Below are positions 39,854 to 52,681 of a DNA stretch of 64,000 nucleotides, one piece after another; position 1 is the first letter of the stretch; each line of letters starts with the position of its first letter. Position numbers and translations under genes: made by a program. Origin of the DNA: Antedon mediterranea (lineage: Eukaryota > Animalia > Echinodermata); assembly GCF_964355755.1 (NCBI RefSeq), contig NC_092676.1:1-64000 (forward strand). The letters run 5' to 3'. The notes beneath the pieces were generated by a model. It worked only from the letters and a program-made list of their open reading frames with translations, was not told the origin of the DNA and searched no databases.

Positions 39854-40368
39854 AGGTATCCAACTAAGAAATCTAGATTGCTGAGCTCCTATAATACTTA
39901 ATACACTGTGCTTGTCAAGCCAATTGCTTAATCTGTAATAGTAGTTGTATATTTAAATTACTCAAGTACAGGTGGATGCAACAATAGGCTACAAGCAGTA
40001 TGGACCTTTAGTAGGCCTATATTATGGAGGAAATCCATGCTAAAAAAAGGGATCTTCTTAATTAAGTACTTGTGATTCATAACACCATAGATAAATATCT
40101 ATGACTACACTAAAATGTCATTTTGCCGGTTCAATCAGTTAATTTATGTAGGAATAATAATGTAATTTTTACTAACAATTACCAAACAATGCATGGGCCA
40201 AGGAACAGAGGAAATTATTAGGAATTCATAGACCGTAATGCACCGTACTTAGCCAATGATTAGTCGAGGTCAAATTACTAGACTCGTTATACTTGACTGA
40301 ACATCATCAGTGCAAGACAGTTTTAATGACATCATACACGGCGGCCTTGTGATTCAGCTGCAATCAAA

Positions 40369-41946
40369 ATGGAAACGACTGCCGTATTTTTCTTATTTCT
40401 ATTTAGTTTCATTAATAAATCGTTTGCTAATCTAATTCATCAACCTGAAGACACCATTGCTGAAGTCGGGGATACTGTAGTTTTAAGGTGTTCAGTTGAT
40501 CCAGGACCAGAAGTGAACGTTTACTGGCAATTATTAACAGCAGACGCTGTGGTATATTTAACAGACAATACGCGCGTCTATCCCGGTAGCGAATCCAATA
40601 CTCTAAACGATAGACTTACAATTGTAGGTGATGACAAGACAGGGGTATTTGATTTAAGAATAAAACCAATTTATGGAAGCGATTCAGGAAAATTCCTATG
40701 TTTGTATTTTGTTGATGGATTACATCAGAAGTCATCACGTGTCGCTACTCTTACAGTTCTATCGCCACCGTTTGAAGAGTACCCGATTTGTTCTTTGACT
40801 CCAAAGAATAATCTACAAATTGGTGATTTTATACGGATGACATGTGTGACATCAGGAGGAATACCGCCTGCTAGGATATATTGGAAACGATTTGAAGAAA
40901 TGTTACCTGCCTATTTACATGAACAAGATGGACGAATATATATTTCCTATGAATTTACATTATCTGAATTGGACAACGGTGCTGTATTTACATGTGAAGC
41001 CGTGTCACCTGCCATTAGGTCACCACGGTTTTGTAGCGTCAGACCATATCGAAATGAAACGAAAGTTCGAATCCACTCTAGATCTAAATTAATTATTGGC
41101 AATGATGGCATATTCGATTGTATAGCCTCTGCAATTCCACCAGCAGATATTTTCGAATGGCGAATAAATAATAATATTGTAGATGTAAAAGATGGTAGAC
41201 TTCACTTAGAAAATTATAACCAAACATTACGTATATCTTCGCTAAATATTTCAGATAAAAATAATGAGATATCTTGTGTTGCAGGAAACACGTATGTCGT
41301 AGTGACTGGTAACGCATCAATGAGTTTGTCCATAAGCAAGGTAGCCTCGGTAAATGGACCTGAAATTGTTGGTATATGCATTGGAATATTTCTGGTAATT
41401 ATTTCGGCTGTCATTTTATTGTATTTTTTGCTTAAATACAAAAAGAAACGTGACTTTTTTAAAGATTTAGATTTTGACAAAGCATGTAGGAATAGTTACG
41501 TCTTTCCTCGTCAGTTTTTCTCAAGAAGATCACAAAATGAATGTATGAATCGAAAAGACACAGCACCTGAAAACGATCGCCGCCAGTCTCGAGTAATTGT
41601 ATGCTCGACACCACAAGAAGCAATTAATATACACAGCACAGAATTACAACGGATTCCAGAGAATCAATCGCCTAATCCACGTTATTCTGTTGGATTTTAT
41701 TCGACAAATGCTACAGTCTCTAATCACAATGAATCAAGACTTTATAATGAAGTATTAGGTGATAAAGATGACGAGATTCAAGAAGACATATATGCAAACA
41801 TAGACGACGAAGATAACCCAAAAGCAACTCCACCTAAGCCTCCTTCACAATCATTAAAACCACGAATAAGTGGACCTATCCTTAACTATAGTACCAACAA
41901 TAGTGTTGATTTAGCTAATGCTATGTATGTGGGTATCATTGATTGA
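40369..41946 (+). CDS. Single-exon type I membrane Ig-superfamily receptor 4 (V-C2-Ig, TM, Tyr/Pro tail), 525 aa
   Basis: Signal peptide; VVLRC..VYW..FDLRIKPIYGSDSGKFLC; MTCVTSGGIPPARIYW..DNGAVFTC; third Ig domain; TM IVGICIGIFLVIISAVILLYFLL followed by KYKKKR; tail LYNEV, IYANI, PPKPP. Confidence 0.93.
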   Translation: METTAVFFLFLFSFINKSFANLIHQPEDTIAEVGDTVVLRCSVDPGPEVNVYWQLLTADAVVYLTDNTRVYPGSESNTLNDRLTIVGDDKTGVFDLRIKPIYGSDSGKFLCLYFVDGLHQKSSRVATLTVLSPPFEEYPICSLTPKNNLQIGDFIRMTCVTSGGIPPARIYWKRFEEMLPAYLHEQDGRIYISYEFTLSELDNGAVFTCEAVSPAIRSPRFCSVRPYRNETKVRIHSRSKLIIGNDGIFDCIASAIPPADIFEWRINNNIVDVKDGRLHLENYNQTLRISSLNISDKNNEISCVAGNTYVVVTGNASMSLSISKVASVNGPEIVGICIGIFLVIISAVILLYFLLKYKKKRDFFKDLDFDKACRNSYVFPRQFFSRRSQNECMNRKDTAPENDRRQSRVIVCSTPQEAINIHSTELQRIPENQSPNPRYSVGFYSTNATVSNHNESRLYNEVLGDKDDEIQEDIYANIDDEDNPKATPPKPPSQSLKPRISGPILNYSTNNSVDLANAMYVGIID

Positions 41947-42324
41947 TAACATGCTTAAAATGAATATTTAATCTTTAGCTGTGATAACACTAAACAAAAT
42001 AATAATGACAAAATTGTAACCATACGACATTCTGGATTATTTATTCTTTTTTAATCGGTTATAAATGATAAATAGAGAAATGATATTGGATGTCATTACT
42101 AATGTAATTATATCTCTGGAAAGTGCTTACTGGGAGAGAATGCACTACTGGTGTTGTAGGTTTTTCTATTGGTAAACAAAAGGAAGGAGGATAACAAAAT
42201 GTATAGGTATATTTATTAGATGTTTGTACAGAATTTTTTAAATAAATTTATAGATTGTATATTTTAATTCACATTTGTTTAAACATTTTTTTATTATATT
42301 TTACACTTGATTTTACACCAATTA

Positions 42325-42780
42325 AGGCCAATTTACGCAGACGAGTGGTAACAGTAGCGGAAAACCGAATATGTATCTATCCTGACCGCCCATTTCTCGT
42401 CAACCGCCCGTCTGCTCTTGTCCCACACAGAATATGTATCTATCCTAAAGCTTGGTTCCCACTAGAACGTAACGCAAGGACGTAAACGCAACGCAAGCGT
42501 TTTAACCAATGACAAGCGAAGTTATAGACGTGACAGTTAGCAATCACAAGCGAATAAGCCATCGCTTGTGATTGGTCAATTCACTTGCGTTGCGTTACGT
42601 CCTTGTGTTGCGTCGCTAGTGGGAACCACGCTTTAGCGCGCATTTCTCCTCAACCGCCCGTTTGCTCTTGTCCCACATAGAATATGTATCTATCCTAAGC
42701 GCGCATTTCCACTCAACCGCCCGTTTGCTCTTTCTATTTTGTTTTCAGCTTAGCGTTACCTCGTCTGTGTAAATTGGCCA
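42325..42780. mobile_element. MITE with TIRs containing a nested second MITE (42449-42632)
   Basis: Outer TIR ggccaatttacgcagacgag / ctcgtctgtgtaaattggcc. Inner TIR agcttggttcccactag / ctagtgggaaccacgct. Both have TWA flanks (Harbinger-like). Confidence 0.75.
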
Positions 42781-43283
42781 TAATGCTTTTTATTGTTATG
42801 TTATAGAATTGCTATATTTATCAATTTATAAATGATGCTGCATAGCAATAAATACCGTACAATATATAATTCACATTGTTTAATGATTTGTTCACTTATT
42901 TTCGGCAGAGCAGAATACAGTTGTTTAAAGTAGGTTCATAAAGGTCATAATCAGTTTCCGGTCCAGTTTTTTTATATTCATTGTACATAATACAATACTG
43001 TACAATTATCTGATAAATCACTTACTTATACTAATTTGCCGTCACAAATCCGTCAAGATTTCCCTTGTGATAACTGTAGTGGTTCGACATCCGAAATGAT
43101 TCTTTCTACAATTGCATATCCTATTGTTTGAAGAATACAAAGAACGATTGAGTCTCCTTTATGAAGTTAAAATGCCCATTTATAAACAATTTTAGATTCC
43201 ACCATTTAAACTATCAATTTTCATTTTCTTGAAGCATTGACAGGATATCCTAAATATTACTTCTACGCTATCGTTTATGAAGC

Positions 43284-44170
43284 GTATTCTCGGAATACAT
43301 ATAAATGAACATTTATGTTGGAAACCCCATATAAACTGCATCTCAAATAAAATCGCTAAATCCATTGGTATCATCTACAAGGTAAAACACGTCTTTCCTA
43401 AACATAATCTTTTTAATTTGTACAATGCGTTTAGCTTACCACACCTCTATTACTGCAATATAATATGGGGAAATGAATATCCAACAAACTTAGAAAAAAT
43501 ACATAAATTACAAAAACGTATAGCTAGAATGATTACAAACTCACCGATGAGAACAGCCTCCAAACCACTATTACAAAGTTTAAAAATGTTAAATATATAC
43601 GATATAAATAAAATTCAAATTGCATGCTTTATGTTCAAATATTATCTCCAGGAACTTCCCATCCCTATAAACAACTTGATTGATTTAAACCCTAAAACTG
43701 ATCGCTTAAAGACATTAAGAAACGCAAATAAGATATATATTCCACACAGTAGACTAGAAATTAATAAAAGATCAATTTTTATTGAAGGACCAACATACTG
43801 GAATAAACTCCAGTCTACCCTAGAACAAAATCACATGACCTCACTCCCTATGCTAAAGTACAATATTAAAAAGATGATATTTGAAACATATTGCTAGCTA
43901 CTATTGCTACTGCAAAATTGGGGTTGTAAACATTTAGCTTAATATCACTTTGTTGTGTTTGTGTTTTTTTTTTTTTTTTTTTTTTTTCTTTTTCTGTCTC
44001 AAAATGTCATTTTTTGTTAATGTAATGCGTCCGTATAATATGTTTTATGTTTATGCTTAGGACTACAAAGACAAGCCACTTTGGCTTCTGTGTATCTTAA
44101 CCCATAAACTTTGTAAAATATTGAATATTGAATAAATGTTGTTGTATAATTGATAATTAAAAAAAAAAAA
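43284..44170 (+). mobile_element. 5'-truncated CR1-group (L2/Crack-like) LINE: RT C-terminus, 3' UTR and poly(A)
   Basis: LGIHINEHLCWKPHINCISNKIAKSIGII...PHLYYCNIIWGN...LQKRIARMIT (stop at 43897), then AATAAA near 44131 and an A-run ending at 44170. Confidence 0.88.
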
Positions 44171-45150
44171 GCAAGGGTAAATGCCCTAAACTAAGCGTAG
44201 TATATACGTCTACGCTATCGTTTATGAAGCAAGGGCAGCTGCCCTAAACTAAGCGCAGTATATACGTCTACGCTATCGTTTATGAAGCAACGGTAAATGC
44301 CCTAAACTAAGCGTAGTATATACGTCTACGCTATCGTTTATGAAGCAAGGGCAGCTGCCCTAAACTAAGCGTAGTATATACGTCTACGCTATCGTTTATG
44401 AAGCAAGGGTAAATGCCCTAAACTAAGCGCAGTATATACGTCTACGCTATCGTTTATAAAGCATGGGTAAATGCCCTAAACTAAGCGCAGTATACGTCTA
44501 CGCTATCGTTTATGAAGCAAGGGCAGCTGCCCTAAACTAAGCGTAGTATATAAGTCTACGCTACCGTTTATAAAGCAAGGGTAAATGCCATAAACTAAGC
44601 GTAGTATCGTCTACGCTATCGTTTATGAAGCAAGGGTAAATGCCCTAAACTAAGCGTAGTATATAGGCTACGTCTACGCTATCGTTTATAAAGCAAGTGC
44701 AAATGCCCTAACTAAGCGTAGGCCTAGTATATACTACGCTATCGTTTATGAAGCAAGGGCAAATGCCCTAAATTAAGCGTAGTTACTAGTATATACGTCT
44801 ACGCTACGCTATCGTTTATAAAGCTAGGGCAGATGCCCTAAATTAAGCGTAGTTACTAGTATATACGTCTACGCTACGCTATCGTTTATAAAGCAAGGAC
44901 AGATGCCCTAAACTAAGCGTAGTATATACTTCTACGCTATCGTTTATAAAGCAAGGGCAGATGCTCTAAACTAAGCGTAGTACAATATATATTTCTACGC
45001 TATCGTTTATAAAGCAAGGGCAGCTGCCCTAAACTAAGCGTAGTACAATATATACTTCTACGCTATCGTTTATAAAGCAAGGGCAGCTGCCCTAAACTAA
45101 GCGTAGTAGGCCTACTATACGCTATCGTTTATGAATGATCTAAGCGTAGT
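44171..45150. repeat. ~56-65-bp minisatellite, about 16 copies
   Basis: Repeated gcaagggtaaatgccctaaactaagcgtagtatatacgtctacgctatcgtttatgaa. Confidence 0.92.
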
Positions 45151-46344
45151 AACTATTAATTATTTTACACTAGGCCTACAGATATAGTTTATAAGCAATG
45201 AACACTATTAGGCCTCTATCATTTCGGATAATTTTTTAGGTTTGAAGCGGAAGAAGTTAAATTAACTGATGATTCATATCATCCGGTTTAAAAGTCGTGC
45301 AAGAAAGTGCAGGCCCCACTCTCAAATAATAAATAATACTTTGTATGTAGGTCAATTGCTTGCAGTTTGTATTCGCTTAGAATAAAAACAAGATCTAAGT
45401 ACAAAATAATACAATTTTCAAAATGGGGCATCGTCGACAAACTGAGCCAAAAGATTGTAGTATGTCTTCCGGGCATTTAGATGAAATGTTACAAGGTACC
45501 ATGCAGACTGAAAAGTTATGAGAGTCAGAGCCATATAGTATAAAGGGTTACGACTGGTGGGTTAGGGTTAGGGTTAGGGTATAAAAGGGTTACGACTGGT
45601 GGGTTGGCTTTGCACATTCATAATTCACTGTCAAATGTGCAATTATTTTTTTTATATAAGAAAACGCTGAAAATGTTTTGACAATTTTTACACATTGCTC
45701 TAGTGTGGATCTCGTGACTTTAACCCAATGTCGTAACTCCTTGAAAGTGAGAGTCAAACCATATATAATTACATATGGTCCTTGACCACATATCTACTGT
45801 ATTTTTATTTTGGTAGAGATTGTTAGGATATTGAAAGGGTATGAACAATATTAAAATAATAAAGGCAAATTATCATAAATTAAATTATGAACGAGCCTCT
45901 GAAATTTGATAACGTTGGTGGCGCAGTTTGTGTCAAAAACGGCTGCTAATCAACTCTGTATAATACTGGAGGCTCTGGCGAGAGTACCCAAAGAGAGTGT
46001 CTTTGGACAGGTATATAAAATATACCAAATTGGCTAGTTGAGAATTCTCAACTATTACCGCAGTACGCCTGTAACGACGAAGCCTACCAGTATAATGGGA
46101 TAGGCTGATTTCCTTGTTAACTTAAGGGGTCATTTCATTTCTGAATTATGATTGGTAGTAAAGGAAATTTACTGGAATCCTATTGGATGGTAAGGTGGTA
46201 GTAGGACCATGTCCATCCCATTGCAGTAATAAAGTTGAGCCACCTGCGACCATTACAATGTCCTACCATGCTAATGTAGGAGTGGGGAAATGTTATGCTT
46301 ACTACTGTTTCTTTTAATAATTTAATACAATTAATAAGAATAAA

Positions 46345-47640
46345 GAATACACTTAACAATATACAACAAATAACATTAATGTACGATGTAGTTTAACACT
46401 GTTCTCAACTATAGTCATTTTGGTATACTTGAGCACATTGATAAAGAATAGGATAAACTTAACAATATACGACAAATAACAGTAATGTACGATCCCGTTT
46501 AACACTGTTCTCAACTATAGTCATTTTGGTATACTTGAGCACAGTGATAAAGAATAGGATAAACTTAACAATATACAACAACAATGTACAATCCCGTTTA
46601 ACACTGTTCTCAACTATAGTCATTTTGGTATACTTGAGCACAGTGATAAAGAATAGGATAAACTTAACAATATACAACAACAATGTACGATCCCGTTTAA
46701 CACTGTTCTCAACTATAGTCATTTTGGTATACTTGAGCACATTGATAAAGAATAGGATAAACTTAACAATATACAACAAAAAACATTAATGTACGATCCA
46801 GTTTAACACTGTCCTCGACTATAGTCATTTTGGTATACTTGAGAACAGTTATAAAGAATAGGATAAACTTAACAATATACAACAAAAAACATTAATGTAC
46901 GATCCAGTTTAACACTGTCCTCGACTATAGTCATTTTGGTATACTTGAGCACAGTGATAAAGAATAGGATAAACTTAACAATATACAACAAAAAACATTA
47001 ATGTACGATCCAGTTTAACACTGTTCTCAACTATAGTCATTTTGGTATACTTGAGCACAGTGATAAAGAATAGGATAAACTTAAAAATATACAACAAAAA
47101 ACATTAATGTACGATCCAGTTTAACACTGTTCTTAACTATAGTCATTTTGGTATACTTGAGAACAGTGATAAAAAATAGGATAAACTTAACAATGTACAA
47201 CAAAAAACGTACATTAATGTACGATCCCGTTTAACACTGTTCTCAACTATAGCCATTTTGGTATACTTGAGCACAGTGATAAAGAATAGGATAAACTTAA
47301 TAATATACAACAAATAACATTAATGTACGATCCAGTTTACCACTGTTCTCAACTATATAGTCATTTTGGTATACAACAAAAAACATTAATGTACGATCCA
47401 GTTTAACACTGTTCTCAACTATAGTCATTTTGGTATACTTGAGCACAGTGATAAAGAATAGGATAAACTTAACAATATACAACAAAAAACATTAATGTAC
47501 GATCCCGTTTACCACTGTTCTCAACAATAGTCATTTTGGTATACTTGAACACAATATACAACAAATAACATTAATGTACACGATTCTGTTTAACACTGTT
47601 CTCAACTATAGTCATTTTCATATACTTGAGCACAGTGATA
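46345..47640 (+). repeat. 117-bp tandem array, about 11 copies
   Basis: Repeated aacactgttctcaactatagtcattttggtatacttgagcacagtgataaagaataggataaacttaacaatatac... Confidence 0.93.
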
Positions 47641-47654
47641 ATATGAAAAACATA

Positions 47655-48920
47655 ATAACACTATAATATTGTAGATGAATGACGCGGACACGTACATATG
47701 TTCATAAGTAATTGATATAAATTGACTTTTAAAAGTGGAATTAACACATCAAATGATTGTAGATAAATATGACGTGAATTGCACGTACATTATGTTGATG
47801 AGTAGTATATTTATATAAATCGACTTTGAAAAGTGAAATAACACTAATATTGGTAGATGAATATGACGTGGACACGTACATAATTATATTGATTAGTATA
47901 TTGATATAAATCGACTTTTAAAAGTCAAATTAACACTAATATTTGTAGATGAATATGACTTGGACACGATTTACATTATGTTGATGAGTATATTGATATA
48001 AATCGACTTTTAAAAGTGAAATAACACTAATATTTGTAGATGAATATGACGTGGACACGTACGGTACATAATGTTGATGAATATATTGATATAAATCGAC
48101 TTTTAAAAGTGAAATAACACTATTAGTTGTACACTATTGATCATATATGAATATGACGTGAATTGCACGTACATATGTTGATGAGTAGGCCTATATTGAT
48201 ATAATTGACTTCGAAAAGTGAAATAACACTGATTTGTAAATGAATATGACGTGGACAAGTACATTTATTGATGAGTATATTGATAAATCGACTTTTAAAA
48301 GTGAAATAACACTAATATTTATAGATGAATATGACGTGGACACGTACATGTTGATGAGTATATTGATATAAATCGACTTTTAAAAGTGGAATTAATACTC
48401 TTGATTGTAGACGTGAATTGCACGTACATATGTTGATGAGTGTATTGATATAAATCGACTAAACGTTAAATAACACTATCTTGTACAAGTACCCTCACTT
48501 GCACTGATGAAGGGCTAGTGTTGCCCGAAAACTCTGCTAACTTTTCTGGCTGTTTTACTTTATCGTTTTGATTTAGCTTTTCGCTTCTTTTTTTTGTATC
48601 TCCATTGAGACCACAGCATTGTTATTATTTCAGTATTTTGCCTTTGGATTTACTAATATTAAAAGTGAAATAACACTAATGACTGTAGATGATATGACAT
48701 TTATGTTGATGTATATATTTTTGTATATATAATATGGACACCTACATACGTTGATAGGTATTGATATAAATAGATTTTTAAAAGTACGGTAATAGACACT
48801 TTATTTGTAGATGAATACGACATGGACAAGTTGCAATAAATGCTATCGTTATATCGTATGTTGATGAGTATTGATATAAATCGACTTTTTTAAAGTGGAA
48901 TAACACTAAAATGTATAGAT
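47655..48920. repeat. Degenerate ~95-105-bp tandem array interrupted by a family-A hammerhead repeat
   Basis: Repeated gtagatgaatatgacgtggacacgtaca...gatataaatcgacttttaaaagtgaaataacac. Confidence 0.85.
48495..48652 (+). mobile_element. Family-A hammerhead repeat copy
   Basis: gcaCTGATGAagggctagtgttgcccGAAaactctgc... matches 9902-10070. The helix III palindrome AGCT is changed to AACT. Confidence 0.8.
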
Positions 48921-49344
48921 GGATATGGCCTCAACAAGTATTGTATTAAGCGGTACTGTATATTGATAGACTTCATACCTGTAATGTCAATGAAATCTGG
49001 CAACAAGAATTGCGTTTGATCCTCCTAATAGTATTCTAATAATCTTGGTTTGTAAAGGAGGCATGAAAAATCTAAACGCATAGCCAGGGGAGGGGTTGGA
49101 GTTTCGAACAAACTCCCCTGTGCCCGTCCTACGGTTTTTGTGAACTTTTTAGTAGCGTGCAAACGCGACTCTACAGCTCACTATGTCTGTCGGTCGGTCG
49201 GTCGGTAAACAGCAACTCAAATTTGAGCACGCGACTGCAGCCATGTATAGGCCTATAGCCTGTTTATACTAGAAATCAGCAGTGAAAGTATATGTAAATA
49301 ATATGTGTTAATATAGAATTAGTTTTTTTAATTTAATAAATACT

Positions 49345-49862
49345 ATTTAAAGTTGATCTTATTCTTTATCTGTGATTAATTATACTCAAATGACTATAGT
49401 TTAAAACAGTATTAAACGGGATCATACATTAATGTTATTTGTTGTATATTATTAAGTTTATCCTATTCTTTATCACTGTGCTCAAGTATACCAAAATGAC
49501 TATAGTTGAGAACAGTGTTAAACTGGATCGTACATTAATGCTATTTGTTGTATATTATTATTAAGTTTATCCTATTCTTTATCACTGTGCTCAAGTATAC
49601 CAAAATGACTATAGTTGAGAACAGTTTTAAACGGGATCGTACATTAATTTTATTTGTTGTATATTGTTAAGTTTATCCTATTCTTTATCACTGTGCTCAA
49701 GTATACCAAAATGACTATAGTTGAGAACAGTGTTAAACTACATCGTACATTAATGTTATTTGTTGTATATTGTTAAGTTTATCCTATTCTTTATCACTGT
49801 GCTCAAGTATACTAAAATGACTATAGTTGAGAACAGTGGTAAACTGGATCGTACATTAATTT
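49345..49862 (-). repeat. Inverted copy of the 117-bp array, about 4.5 copies
   Basis: Reverse complement of the 46345-47640 units. Confidence 0.9.
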
Positions 49863-51368
49863 TATCCTTTGCTTTACTGTGCTTTGATTTGATAAGCAAG
49901 TTTGGTTGCCCCGCCCCCATATGCTGCCTACTAAATTAGGATTCCCTAGCTTTTCTATAAAAATTGAAGTACCCAGAATGCACGTTATACGGAAGTCATA
50001 GTCTTGTAAAATACAGACACAATAGTTTTTATCGTATTGTTTTCATTTAAATATCACTAAGATTGTCTTAAACTACAAACAACTAAAATTAGTGAAGGTA
50101 TGCAAGTGTTTCTAAATGTTTACTACTGGTAGTATTAATACAATTTGGATTATATCATTTTCCAGAAAGGTAGAAAAAACATAAAATAGTTGAGAATTCT
50201 CAACTAGCCAGGATGGTATAGGAAATATAGCTCCTTTGGAGTACCACACCACCGCCGCGGCGCCCTCTATCTCTGGAAACCTGCTCTACTTGGCCAAAAC
50301 AGTATAAGGCTAATAAATAGAAAGAAACTTTCATTTATGATGGTTTTCTTTCACTGAAAACCAGCATCCATCCGCCACAGTGTATTTCAGAGAAATATTT
50401 TATTGTTTTTAAACACATTAAAATCGTAGTGGTTGATTTACTAAAGTCTCCAAATATGAACCCACCAGTGCAGACAATCCAAGTTACGTGCCTGGCCAGT
50501 GTCATGAGTTTCAATCTGAATGTGATTTAAAATAGACCACTAGACTAATGATTAGTTAAATATTTGTGGTTCAGAAATATAGATACATTATTGGCGGTGT
50601 CTTTGAATTCGATTATAGTGATTTGATATCAGTGAGTTGTATTACTGTATGATAAGTATTGTTATGATAACCTTTCATTCTTCTCGCAATTAATCATTTT
50701 AAATCAAATTTTATTTTGTTATATTGGCTTAAGAAGTCTCAATCAAACAATGTACAATAAATAATCTTTAAGTATTGGTTATCGATGATAAATTCATAAG
50801 TTTTCGACAGAATAGCCTGTAATCGACAATTATTCTTAAGTTAATGAATTGCTATCTAATCCAGAGAATTATTATAAAATATTTTGATTGTAAATCAAAT
50901 AGATAACTAGAATGGTATTTTTTATAACAAACCTTTAACAATTTTTAATAACTATGATGAGCTAAACTTAAAGATGATTGATATGATACTCCTTATTTTC
51001 AGTTGAATGCGTTTAATATTATTATGTAAATAATGGTGATCAGGGTCGGATTTAAGAGGGTAATATATGGTAAATAATAAAAAAAAATTAAATTAAGCCA
51101 GTATTCCTATACGTCGGCGGAGAGGGGGGGGGGAGTTATGGGGTTGGGTGTGTCTGTGTCTCAAATACTGTGATACTATACTATATTCATATAGTGTATC
51201 ATATTCATACCCCCCTCCCCCTCCCCCTCCCCCTCCCCCCATTTCTAAATATACCGCCCTGGTGATTATAGTCCAATGCGTCAATTCGTTGCACCCCACC
51301 TCCTCCTCTATTTCTAAATATATCCGCTTTGGTGGTTATAGTCAATTCGTTGCGCCGCAGACCCCCCC

Positions 51369-51404
<36 letters not shown>

Positions 51405-52190
51405 CGCCACCACACCATTTCTAAACATATCCGCTTTGGTGATTTTAGTCAACTGCGTCCATTCGTCGTTGAACTTTGTCCTCTATCATAACCAAACTAC
51501 AATACAACTACACAGCCACATGTTAACCAGCATTTGCCCAAATTGGATGGAACGTGAAATGCAGATAACCGGTAATTATTACTATTTAATACAAACTAAT
51601 TGTTTTAAGGTTTGCATGCAAAATACAAACACTATTATAGTAACGTCAGCAGGTATGTAGTAGCCTACATCATGTTGTCGTTTTTAGAAACATGGTGCAC
51701 AAAAAATCTGAATTAATTAAATTATTTTTTTGTAATTAATTTGTGAATAAGTACAATCGTATTTTAGTTGCTAACCAAGCTATTTGGTTGGCTATGTTTT
51801 CACATATTGTATTAGGCCTAATTTAGATTATTATTTTTCAATAATTGAATAATTCTTCAGGTACAAGGGTTTAAGTAATGTTATAATGATTTTAATGTAT
51901 TACATTTATCCACTCAACGTACAATTCTTCAGGTACAAGGGTTTAAGTAATGTTATAGTGATTTTAATGTATTACATTTATCCACTCAACGTACAATAGA
52001 TAATAGTAAGTGTGAGTGGATGGATGCCATCATAAATTCGAAGAATGTTAAGTTATGCCTCACAGTTAAAAAATAATATTGATAAATTATAAATATTAAG
52101 TTGTTAAATATAAGTTGAATATAATAAATAAACATGATGTTAGGGCAGGAAGATGTAAAATAACTTACTAACTATTATATTAATTTTATT

Positions 52191-52648
52191 TTACATCAAT
52201 ATAATACAAGAGGTAGCAGTCTGAATTTTTGAGTACCTACTTTTAAATCAGTTGCTCATAATACGTTTATCTTTGCAGCAATTAAGAATTGGAATGCCCT
52301 GCCTAAAATAATAAAACAAAGCAATTCTATTGAACATTTTAAAAATAAAAGTTAAGGAATATCTTAGAATTAGAGCCCGTGAAAGTGAATCAACGGTAAA
52401 GTATGATTTTATATATAATGCCAATTATAAGTATGTTATATGTATTGTAATATATATATATTTTTTTGTTATTGTCTTTTTAAATTTGTTATTGAGGACC
52501 CCATTGGAAATAAGTCTCACATTGAGACTTCCATGGGCTATCCTGCATCTCTGTTTTTGTATTTTCAACATTTTTGAATTGTATATATCTCTGTTTCATA
52601 AACTGTGTATGTCTTTTTAATGAGATGCTAATAAATCAAAATCAAAAT
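52191..52648 (+). mobile_element. Decayed 3' end of a CR1-group LINE
   Basis: Translates to LHQYNTRGSSLNF*VPTFKSVAHNTFIFAAIKNWNALPKIIKQSNSIEHFKNK and ends in aataaatcaaaatcaaaa. Confidence 0.65.
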
Positions 52649-52681
52649 TTGCGGCGCTCACTAATGTATGTTATATAATAG

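Noticed and set aside
28403-41480. Short antisense ORFs overlapping the Ig genes
   Set aside because: They are shadow ORFs of real coding sequence with no recognisable features.
43277-43897. 206-aa ORF as a host gene
   Set aside because: It is the C-terminal part of a LINE reverse transcriptase, and the ATG is donated by the flanking minisatellite.
51093-51660. Poly-Pro and poly-Gly ORFs
   Set aside because: They come from low-complexity C-runs and (CT)n, and have no ATG start or splice support.
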